DNA of 18,115 nucleotides from Octopus sinensis (taxonomy: Eukaryota). Shown here piece by piece: positions 8,346 to 18,115 of this stretch. A program made the translations under genes and the position numbers. The notes beneath the pieces were generated by a model that had not been told where the DNA came from, ran no database searches, and saw only the letters and a list, made by a program, of their open reading frames with translations. The DNA lies in assembly GCF_006345805.1 (NCBI RefSeq), contig NW_021824577.1, positions 1-18,115 of the forward strand. The letters run 5' to 3'. Numbering within the stretch: position 1 is the stretch's first letter; every line of letters starts with the position of its first letter.

Positions 8346-8419
<74 letters not shown>
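8346..8419. repeat. (TA)n microsatellite
   Basis: Directly visible. Confidence 0.97.
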
Positions 8420-8423
<4 letters not shown>

Positions 8424-9026
8424 AAGATAACTTATGGGTGTCTTACATATATCAAGTGAATACGTTTGCAGCGCACCTCACAAGGTTTATTTCATACAGT
8501 TACATAGCGTCTGAACGAGAACCAACATGTGAAACTGAGAGTCTCAGTGAATTCACACATACTTTCTCAGTTTTTTTTTATATCAATGCAGACATTTATG
8601 CTCTTACAGTTCTTTAAGAAAATAAATTAATATAAAAAAAAAGAAATAATCACATATAAAACGTATTGATGCTATAAAATCAAACAAGTTTTTCAGCATT
8701 TAAAATCGCTAAAGCATTCAGATTTAATTGTAGGAAGTAGAATGATGTAAGAGAAGAAGTGGTTACATTTCCAAATTTCATTCGGCAACGGAAATCGGCT
8801 TTAATAATGAATTAAATAGAATAGTACGCTAATCGGTTGGAGTCCAAATATAGTTTAAGACAACATCTACTTTCAAACGCTTGGCTGGCTTTTTAAGAGA
8901 TAAAAATTTAAGCAGTCTACGTTTCGTCGCTATACTTAATCTTATCGCCTGGGAAAGCAATACTTTTTCTGCAATGAATTGAGGGAGATACTTTCATTCT
9001 TTTTTTCTTTCTTTCTTACTTCCTTA

Positions 9027-9029
<3 letters not shown>

Positions 9030-9093
<64 letters not shown>

Positions 9094-9106
9094 ATTATTA
9101 TTATTA
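9030..9106. repeat. (ATT)n microsatellite
   Basis: About 25 ATT units with one interruption. Confidence 0.98.
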
Positions 9107-9421
9107 GGTTTTTTTTTAGTTTTTTTTTTGCTTGACTTTTTTCAAGTAAATATACTTTGGTTGCCTTTAATAATTAAGAGAAACCTAACAACAAAAGACA
9201 AACAAGATACAAAATATACTTCAATACGTGTAAGAGTTTTTGACATGTTCTGCGTGAAAATGTGTATGTGTAAGTACGAGCACATATACATACATGCGCA
9301 CCTGCAAGCATACACCTGCACATGAGTGTTTGTATATGTGTGATAACAAGAAAATGTCATACCTACATATTCTTACTTATGCATTTCGTATGTGTTTTGC
9401 GTACGTATATGTCTATAAGAA

Positions 9422-9652
9422 GGCGGCGAGCCGGCAGAAATGTTAGCAAGCCGGACGAAATGCGTAGCCGTATTTCGTTTGCCGTTACGTTCTGGGTTCA
9501 AATTCCGCTGAGGTCGACTTTGCCTTTCATCCTTTCGGGGTCGATAAATTAAGTACCAGTTACGCACTGGGGTCGATGTAATCGACTTAATTCGTTTGTC
9601 TGTCCTTGTTTGTCCGCTCTGTGTTTAGCCCCTTGTGGGTAGTAAAGAAATA
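9422..9652 (+). mobile_element. tRNA-derived SINE, apparently full length (resembles octopus OK/OR-type families; exact name uncertain)
   Basis: GGCGGCGAGCCGGCAGAAATG head, B box GGGTTCAAATTCC, body GAGGTCGACTTTGCCTTTCATCCTTTCGGGGTCGATAAATTAAGTACC, tail AGTAAAGAAATA. Recognised from memory as a very abundant octopus repeat. Confidence 0.85.
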
Positions 9653-9780
9653 TATATGTATATTTCTATCCAATCATTTACATTTCTTTGTCTCTATCTG
9701 TTTCAACTTTGTACATACATACATACAGACAGACACATATAATATATGTATATAATGTATGTATATGAATGCATATGAAT

Positions 9781-10022
9781 ATAATAATAAATGCGTCCTT
9801 TTAAAGCCTAGCCAGTGTCATGGGTCCGGTTTCCCGGTTTCTATGTCGTATGTGTTCCCCAGCTGGACGGGACGGCAGTCCATCGCAGGGTAACACATTT
9901 TTGCCAGTGAAAGGCAGCGTTTTGCTCAAGTACACAATACAACGCGTCGCACGGTTCAGGAATCGAAACCACAATCTTGTGATCATGGTGCTGACACCCT
10001 AACCACTAAGTCACGCGCCTCC
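9781..10022 (-). mobile_element. tRNA-derived SINE with (TTA)n tail
   Basis: Minus strand GGAGGCGCGTGACTTAGTGG (A box)...GGTTTCGATTCC (B box)...TGTGTACTTGAGCAAAAC (CORE-like)...ACCCTGCGATGGACTG-CGTCCCGTCCAG...TTATTATTA tail. Confidence 0.85.
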
Positions 10023-13000
10023 ACTGTATATGAATGAATATATATATATATAATAATATATATATATATTATATATATATATATATATATTATATATGCA
10101 GATACTTACATCTAAGCATGAGTCAGTCTCTACGAGAGAGATATAGAATGTGTCGTGTGTGTGTGTGTGTGTGTGTGTTTTGTTTGTGTGTTAGTGTGTG
10201 TGTATGCGTGTGTAATGAGTTAAAGAGTTTCTTCCAAACATATATTTTTGCAGATACCCTTAATGAATATATTCTTGTCGGGAGAACGAATAAAACATTT
10301 TTATTACAATTTGAATTACACTAAACTACGACACTTGACTGTCTCTTCTAGTGAGACAGAATATCGATTGATTACAATATGTTGGCTGGAACTTCAAAAT
10401 GTCTATATGTAGTTTTGTTCGATATACTTTTTTCTGTAGAAAACTAAATAAGATCGTGTTAAATGCAAACGGAGACAATATATCTTCTACCATTTTAGAA
10501 CGTCCTCTCTTTTGAATTATTTCATTAATTTACAAGATTCATTCAGATGGATAAAAAAAGGGGATATAGTAAATGTGTATGAGAGATAAGTTTAAGCTCT
10601 ATTCAATTTTTTGCAGTTTATGCTTACTTGATATAGTTATTACATAATATTTCTGATAAATATATATAGTACTTAGCGAGTCGCCAAATTCTTGCTGAAA
10701 TCCTGATAGTCTAGCTCAGTGTGAGCTACACTGATTCTATAATCATTACAAAATCATTATAATGAGGAGCGATGGCATGAGAGTTCTTGTTAGCATTGGA
10801 AAAAAAGATAATTCACAATCAAACCACAAATGTATTTAGATACGAAATATATTCTTTCGCTTTCTTTAAGAAATTGCACCTTTGATTTTTAAGTATTTTA
10901 AAAATCAAACCTGCTTACTTATAATTTTATATAGGCTTGATTGAAAGAAACCAGGTATACAGAATCTCGATACTTCATGGGACAATATAACAAGAAAACT
11001 AGCAGATATTTGACACTAGGAAGGGATAGAATCTGTCCAACCACCGCAAAACATGCACCACACCTGCGAATACGTTCCCTCAACCAACTTATGAAATACA
11101 AGATATATATGCTAGATATCTTTTAACATAATACGGATATTTTAGCTTCCCCGTTCTTTTATCACAATCTGTAGGCATCTGTGTACTATTCGTTTATAAC
11201 AAGAGTGTTATAAATCTAAATTATCACTTATTTGATGCTACTGATTTCTAGTATATAGTAACTAATTTAACGATTCCAATCTTTCTATCGTTTTCCAAAA
11301 CTTGGCTAGCAAATTCTGATTTCAATTTTAACCAGATGACAACATATAAATAGTTCTATGACCAAATTATTTTAAATTGAAAAATCGTACTCTTTTTATT
11401 TTTTAGATAGAGTAGTTATAGATTTACAAGGAACGCGTATTCTATGAGCGTAGTTTCTGCGAATATGGATTTGTGAGGATAGATTACCTGGTAAATGACG
11501 GCCACATTGGTAAACAAAGACAACAGCAACAAAATGAATACTCATACATACTGTTACTAACACATCACATATGTATGTACGTAGTGTAAGTATGCTACGT
11601 ATCTTAAGTTTGACAGTGCCGGTAGAACAAATTGTGACGTAAATTTCAGCGACACTCCCTCCCTACGAACAGAGCGCTGTTTAACAGAAACTGCTCATCA
11701 GTGAGTGACAAACAATAGTCGCACCATATTCGAGCCAGATTCTTGGTCTTCTCTACGATGCATTTCTTTCAGCGTTCATTTTAACTGAGTTATTTAATCC
11801 ACACTCATAGAGTAGCTTACGAAGTGCATGGATTAATTTGGATTTAACGTGGGTGATTTCCTCAGAACGAAGACGTTTTTAAAGACATAGTATTCTCTGA
11901 ATTCGAAATTTGTAATTAAGGTATTCAGACGATATATGCAAAACAATCGTTAATGCTGGTTTCTGGTTCAGTCAGAAATAAGCGAATAAATTCAGGGAGG
12001 TTTGGATATTATTTGTGATGGGTGAATTCTACTGCAAAGAGGCTGGTCAAAAATCTGTATTTACTTCGTTTGATTTATAGTAAATGTGCGTGTACATGCC
12101 TCTGTGTGTGTGTGTGTGTGTGTGTGTATGTACATATGCTTGCTATATTAGCATCGGTAACTAGAAGATACACTAAACAAATTATGATGCTTTATCCCAG
12201 TATTGTATTCTACATGTATTTAATCAACACTTTCTGGAGACGAAACAGACATATATTCCTTATATATACATATATGTGTATAGCAATGCAATTATCTGCG
12301 ACTGAAAACGAAATCAGGACACCAAATAACTGAATCGATCGTTGATTTTTCCATTGCTAATGATGTTTACAACAAGTAATATCTGCTATCAATATATAAT
12401 TTCATGTTTATCTCCTATATAGAAAAATGTGCGTCTATATGCGTATAAATGTATATGTATGCATCTCCGTGTGTTTGTGCATAATGTTTCATATGTATAC
12501 ACCGCCCTCACACATATAGATATCAGTGCTTGTACACATATGTGTATGCGTCAAAATTTATTTTCAACTGAAATATCGCAAATTGCGACTTTTAGTTTCA
12601 AGTATTACCTAGTTTCAAGGAGTGAAAGTAATTAGTCTCTAAAGATATTATATATGAACATAAAACTAGTAGCGATAGAAAATCTTTGTATTATACTGGA
12701 GCATGTAACTGCATTACACAAACATTTTCTTGTGTAGAACATTTGACACGTTTCTCTGAAGAATTCCGATTTATCGTGAAGCAAACATGGAATGTGATAT
12801 GCAGGTCTTAATTGAGTATTTTCATTTGTTGTTAGTGTTTCCCCACAAAGCTTATAAACCTTTATTCAAAGAAATATTATATGAAGATATTAATTCAAAA
12901 GACTACGGAATTGATGAAGGAAATGTTTTGAGAAGCCTTTTTTTCCATAATAAAGATGACCCGAATTTGATAGCGAACAACTTCACTTCTAAAACCTAGT

Positions 13001-13613
13001 AATTTCTACTTCCATACATGATATGAGAAAGTTTGAAATTGAAGCTTTTAAACTTAATTAAAAGAGAAATCAATAACCGACGGATTTCCATGGAATTTAA
13101 TGAATAATTTTAAAACTTTTCTAAATAAAAATAACATTTTTGCTTAAACACTTGTATGAATTTATATGTGACACTTATAATTGGATTTTATCTAATTAGT
13201 ATTAGTAATGCTTAACAGAAAACAAATAGCACTTCACTGAAATCTATTGATTGAATGAAATAGCAAAGAAAATAGCTACCCAGATTGAATGAAATGAGAG
13301 TATCTAACGTCTAGCTTTTCGTAGACATTACTTTACATCTAAGTAACACAAGTGATTTTATTACTTACCTTTCTTCAAAATTAATAAATTCAACTAAAAG
13401 TTAGTTAGTCATAGTAACCAGAAGTACATAGGTAAATTGTATTCTCAAAATTAAACAAATAAGTAGCCTACTCTTAAACAAACGTATCATTCTTCTTCTT
13501 TATTATTTGAACGAAATATTTTCTCTGCTCTGTTTTCAATAATCTATACGAGTACCTACCTGTCTAACTGTCTGTCAGTCCGTTTATCTACCTTCTTTTC
13601 TATCTATATATGT

Positions 13614-13916
13614 GGAGGCGCAATGGCCAGTGGTTAGGGCAGAGGACTCGCGGTTGTAGGATCGCGGTTTCGATTCCCAGACCGGGCGTTGTGAGTGTTT
13701 ATTGAGCGAAAACACCTAAAAACTCCACGAGGCTCCGGCAGGGGGTGGTGATCCCTGCTGTACTCTTTCACCACTCTTTCTCCCACTCTTTCTTCTGTTG
13801 GCCAGCTCGCTTAGCCAGCGGGCTAGCGTCATTCGAAGGCTAAAACAATGCGAACTCATTGTGACCGGCGATGTGTAACTACATCTGATGGACTGGTCGG
13901 TCACGTGGTCACGTGA
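13614..13916 (+). mobile_element. tRNA-derived SINE with (GGTCACGT)2 tail
   Basis: GGAGGCGCAATGGCCAGTGG (A box), GGTTTCGATTCC (B box), GC-rich body sharply delimited from AT-rich flanks, tandem 8-mer at the 3' end. Confidence 0.85.
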
Positions 13917-14449
13917 TATGTGTATATATGTGTGTGTCTAAAGTGTGTGTGCGTTCATGTTTGTATATATGTACGTATGCATATATCTATCTATCTCTTT
14001 CTTTCTTTCTCTATCTTTCTCTGTATATACATACATGTATGTACGTATATATTTATGTATGTATGTATGTATGTATGAATGCATGTATGTACGTATAACA
14101 GTGTGTGTATATAACTGGCTATTTGCGTGTCTGTGCGTGTTTGCGAATCCACATTTTCAGATGCGTATATTTAAGTCAGTATAAGGCATTATTAAACTGA
14201 CTTAACTGAAACGAAAATTATACATTAGTCAATAATGACTACTTTCGTTTGAATATTTCGTTGCAAAAAATTTTATTTTCTTCTTCTTATTTTTATTTTA
14301 GGGTTCTCCTTCATTAATTAATTATCTAATTCATTAATTATTTTAGAGTTAATACCGACATTCTATGCTGAAATCTATTACACGTAGCCTTGAGACAAAG
14401 AGCGAAGGAGAGTATTTTTGTTTTTACTGTATGAAGAATATTACGTTAC

Positions 14450-14489
14450 TATGTGTGTATGTGAGTATGTGTGTGTGTGTGTGTGTGTA

Positions 14490-14525
<36 letters not shown>

Positions 14526-14532
14526 TGTGTGT
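14450..14532. repeat. (TG)n microsatellite
   Basis: Directly visible. Confidence 0.97.
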
Positions 14533-14768
14533 ACTACATACTCGTGTGTATGTACATTGCTGTCGTTTTTGTGGAGTGGATCCTTCAGGCTATTCAATAC
14601 AGCCGTAATTAATTGAGTCATTAGCCTGATGTTTACAATTGCCCTCTGGAGTTTTACCGGATAACAATATTCAATATTTTTACAGTTGTGCTAATCTGCT
14701 GCTTATATTTTGGTGTTGTTTGTATTCTGCTCTTTAGACACTTGTGATTATGGAATATGCATAAATAT

Positions 14769-14805
<37 letters not shown>

Positions 14806-14936
14806 GTATATAGACATATACATATGACTCACGCATACACATATAAGCGTTCATAGAAACAAATATTTAAATATTTATATATTTCAACACACATGTATAT
14901 ATATCTACACACACATTTAATATACATCTCTCTATT

Positions 14937-14939
14937 TAT

Positions 14940-15009
<70 letters not shown>

Positions 15010-15047
15010 TGTATTTATAAATGTGTGCAAATATATAATATATTTAG

Positions 15048-15084
<37 letters not shown>

Positions 15085-15217
15085 TATGTATATATATATA
15101 TATAGATATGTGTATATATATATATATATAGATATGTATATATATATATATATAGATAGATTGTAATATATATATATATATATATAGATATGTATATATA
15201 TATATATATATATATAG

Positions 15218-15292
<75 letters not shown>

Positions 15293-15296
15293 ATAC
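14937..15296. repeat. Compound (TA)n(GA)n microsatellite followed by AGATATGT(AT)n higher-order units
   Basis: Directly visible. Confidence 0.96.
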
Positions 15297-15859
15297 ATGC
15301 ACGTTTATATGTGTATGTGTGCGTTCTTGTGTCTGTCTGTTGTGGGTGCGCATATGTATGTCTGAATATGTGTGTGGGCGTACGACTAATTGTTTGTATA
15401 TAGTATCTCCTCTGCAAATTTTCTTTGGTCCTACTACGCGCTGATCAATTACTTCATGAGTAGGAAGGCTAATGAAATTATATCATTCTAAGTAAATGTA
15501 TCTGTATATATATCGAACTTTAAATAGATGGTTATTTAATTTGTTCGTGTATTTTGTGTCTGGATCTGTGAATTGAGCTTCAGATGAGGACCTGGTATCA
15601 CAGCTTTGACAAATATGAGTTCAAAGCAGGCATGAGTTTCTCATTCTATTTCTTGTACCTGAATGGACTTCAGCTTCTACTGAAATAGCTTCTTTCTAAC
15701 TTTTTAGATGTCTAGCTGCTGGTATCTCAGCATTCGTATTACGATGAATCTAAGATAACAACATAGAGAAAGGCATTTTCTCCGTTTACTGGAAATAGTG
15801 AATAAATTGTGGGAGATTCTACGCATATATTCAACAGGTAACACTACAAATTTGAAGTA

Positions 15860-15968
15860 TTATTCGTGGCTTGTATTTACCGCTATAATTGGCTGCTCTT
15901 GTGCTGGACTGCTAAGTTACGGGGACGAAAACATGCCAACACCGGTAGTCAAGCGGTGGTAAGGACAC
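15860..15968 (-). mobile_element. Diverged 3'-half fragment of the OR-like SINE family
   Basis: Minus strand ACCACCGCTTGACTACCGGTGTTGG...CGTCCCCGTAACTTAGCAGT resembles 17502-17525 (CCAACATCGCTCGACCGATGGTGG) and the recalled family 3' half. Confidence 0.7.
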
Positions 15969-15988
15969 CAATGGATACATCAGATACA

Positions 15989-15991
<3 letters not shown>

Positions 15992-16035
<44 letters not shown>
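15992..16035. repeat. (TA)n microsatellite
   Basis: Directly visible. Confidence 0.97.
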
Positions 16036-16039
<4 letters not shown>

Positions 16040-17036
16040 GTATATGTAGTCTCCTACAGGGAATTAGAAATAACTCAGTATATGAATATTCTCTCCTCTA
16101 TGTGGTTGCGTGACCCTAGTTAATGATACATTATATTGCTTGTCACTCTTCTTCAAGTTCTGTTAAAATGGAAGAAGTAAAGAAAGAATATATGTAGTGT
16201 GTGAAATAAACTGAGTACTCGAATGGAGGAGCTTTACTCAATGCATGGAGTGCACATAATTATGCGTGTGCTTGCGAGCAGAAAGATCTACGTCTACAGC
16301 AAATACTAAATCCGCGAAAACTAGACAGATATTTCTAAAATCATAATCTACGGAAAAAGGCAAGTACACATTGAAATATTTGGTCGATACTGAATATTCC
16401 TGTAGATTGTTTATTGTTCCGTACGTTTTTCTTTATATTGCACTTTGCGTTCATAATCGTATTCTATAACTAGCGAATAAGATATCTTAGATAGGGCTTG
16501 ATCATCATTCACCCAGGTAACGTTTAGCATAATAGCATTCGCTTAGATCGTTTAGTTTTAATTATATATACAAATCATAATAATTGAAAACCGTTTGTAC
16601 TTCTTTTATCTTTGCTTAGAATTTTACCTCAACTACTCGGCAGACATTTTCACCTTTGATACGATAAGTATTAAAGTAAATTTGCACACGCTTACACAAA
16701 CACACACAAATACACACTTGCACACACACATATTGGTAGCATAGATTAAACGGAGTGAAGCATAGTTGCTACTTGTCTGACAACCATTGATCAAGCTTAC
16801 TTTCCCTTAATAATTTAAATTAATTTTGAAAGCTGAACTCCTATTATCTAGAAATTTTGTATACCTATTTTACTGTTGCTAAAATTAAGGCTTTTGTTTT
16901 CTAAATGGAAAACCAGTTAATTAGAAATTTTTTGCCTACTGCAATGTAATCCCAACCTTTTCTTATAATTCCATTTACATCAAAGATATTTTTTGATAAT
17001 ATTCAATTAAAACTAATATTAGACTCTTTCCTATCC

Positions 17037-17167
17037 TTTATTCTGCCCGAAAGATGAAAGGAATATTTAACGTGAGCATTATTTTAAACTCTTAAAATAG
17101 GAAGCGGTAATTTGGTCCCATGAGGTATTTTATTCAACTCTCCTACGATTCTGTGACGTCACTCACT
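17037..17167 (-). mobile_element. Highly diverged copy of the 9422-type SINE
   Basis: TTTATTCTGCCCGAAAGATGAAAGG...TTTAAACTC...ACGATTCTG is collinear with the reverse complement of the 9422 copy (TTTATCGACCCCGAAAGGATGAAAGG...TTTGAACCC...ACATTTCTG). Confidence 0.55.
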
Positions 17168-17286
17168 AAATAAACTGTATTTGAATAGAAAAAAAAAGGA
17201 TTAAATCCTTTTGATCACTTGTGAAGATCAGCAACCACATCCAACAGTAACAACAACACCAGCAGCAGTATAATCCTTATTATATA

Positions 17287-17533
17287 GACGTAGGAGTGGC
17301 TGTGTGGTAAGTAGCTTGCTTACTAACCACATGCTTCCGGGTTCAGTCCCATTGCGTGGCACGTTGGGCATGTGTTTTCTACTATAGCCTTGAGCCAACC
17401 AAAGCCGTGTGAGTGGATTTGGTAGATGGAAACTGAAAGAAGCCCGTCGTATATATGTATATATGTGTATGTGTATATGCTTGTGTGTCTGTGCATGTCC
17501 CGCCAACATCGCTCGACCGATGGTGGGTTTGTT
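17287..17533 (+). mobile_element. tRNA-derived SINE (CORE-like, OR-type) with internal microsatellite; 3' end truncated or diverged
   Basis: A box TGGCTGTGTGG, B box GGTTCAGTCCC, body ending GAAACTGAAAGAAGCCCGTCG, internal (TA/TG)n, then start of the 3' half. Homologous to 6699-6873. Confidence 0.9.
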
Positions 17534-18115
17534 TTTATGATATAAGCGAAACAGTAACGGCATAATATCACTTGAATTAGGAGGCCTACGAGTATCGTTC
17601 CTTTCTCAGCAATTCTCAGCAATTAAAGAAAATACTTTCTCCCTTTTAAAGATGACTCGTTCTCTGTTACATTCAAATTGTGCAAAACAAAAGCCAGAAC
17701 AAGACCGTTTATATATCTAGACACGTATTCAGTCGTACATAAACCCACGCACGCGTAGAGACATTCATACATACGTGTGTATATCTTCAGCAGGAGGAAA
17801 TATGGATATTTCAAAGCCACAAAATCTATTTAAGAATAAATGTTACACTAATTTTCTGAAATATACCAGATTCACGATTGTTATTAAAATATATGGCCCA
17901 GTCCATTAAATTTACAGTTGAAGTTATCACGATTTATCAGCCAAATTCCTATGAAATTGGTAGCTTCCTTAGTTCCCACAAGCAGAATGATATATCCTTG
18001 AATCTGACAAGAGATATTTCCCGATTTGATTTGGTCGATCGTAATGAAAATACAGAGCAACGCAGAGGCAAGACTGTTCGCTTAGCATTACCGTAAAGGC
18101 TGGAACGTATTAATA

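Noticed and set aside
10919-11126. Short complex ORFs on both strands
   Set aside because: No recognisable motif or convincing splice sites.
11667-11701. Minus-strand CUGAUGA-GCAG/CUGU-UAAAC-stem hammerhead-like arrangement
   Set aside because: Essential G12 is U and no stem I can form.
12640-12999. Overlapping short open frames (possible decayed transposase or exon)
   Set aside because: No family motif I can identify; would need BLASTX.
13614-13690. Possible tRNA genes at SINE heads (also 9950-10022 and 17287-17360)
   Set aside because: A/B boxes are present but the acceptor stems do not close and the sequences continue into SINE bodies.
17878-18096. 72-aa ORF at the right edge
   Set aside because: Non-ATG start, no recognisable homology.
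1-18115. CRISPR array, prokaryotic operon or intact reverse transcriptase
   Set aside because: No regularly spaced repeats or long genuine ORFs; all three PLEs are truncated downstream of the RT catalytic core.

Overview
AT-rich, microsatellite-dense eukaryotic DNA with no recognisable host exon. Nearly all ORF-track entries are translations of (TA)n/(TG)n repeats. The SINE families present suggest an octopus genome (inference from recalled family sequences). The first 6.9 kb is a cluster of three different 5'-truncated, disabled Penelope-like retroelements (PLEs) in -/+/- orientation, separated by (TA)n tracts. Each keeps a GIY-YIG endonuclease remnant; two also keep the Cys-rich linker typical of the Neptune clade. 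The first (300-566, minus) is missed by the ORF track. Each has a minimal type I hammerhead-ribozyme-like motif in its 3' end. In the two related elements the core reads UUGANAA instead of CUGANGA, which fits a compensatory U3-A8 pair. The middle element has a ~150-bp inverted copy of its 3' end at its 5' side. The remaining 11 kb holds at least four kinds of tRNA-derived SINE (seven copies or fragments, one with an apparent template-switch palindrome), microsatellites and unassigned AT-rich DNA. I found no wholly new gene system. The best candidate for something under-described is the variant hammerhead lineage in these (TA)n-associated PLEs.
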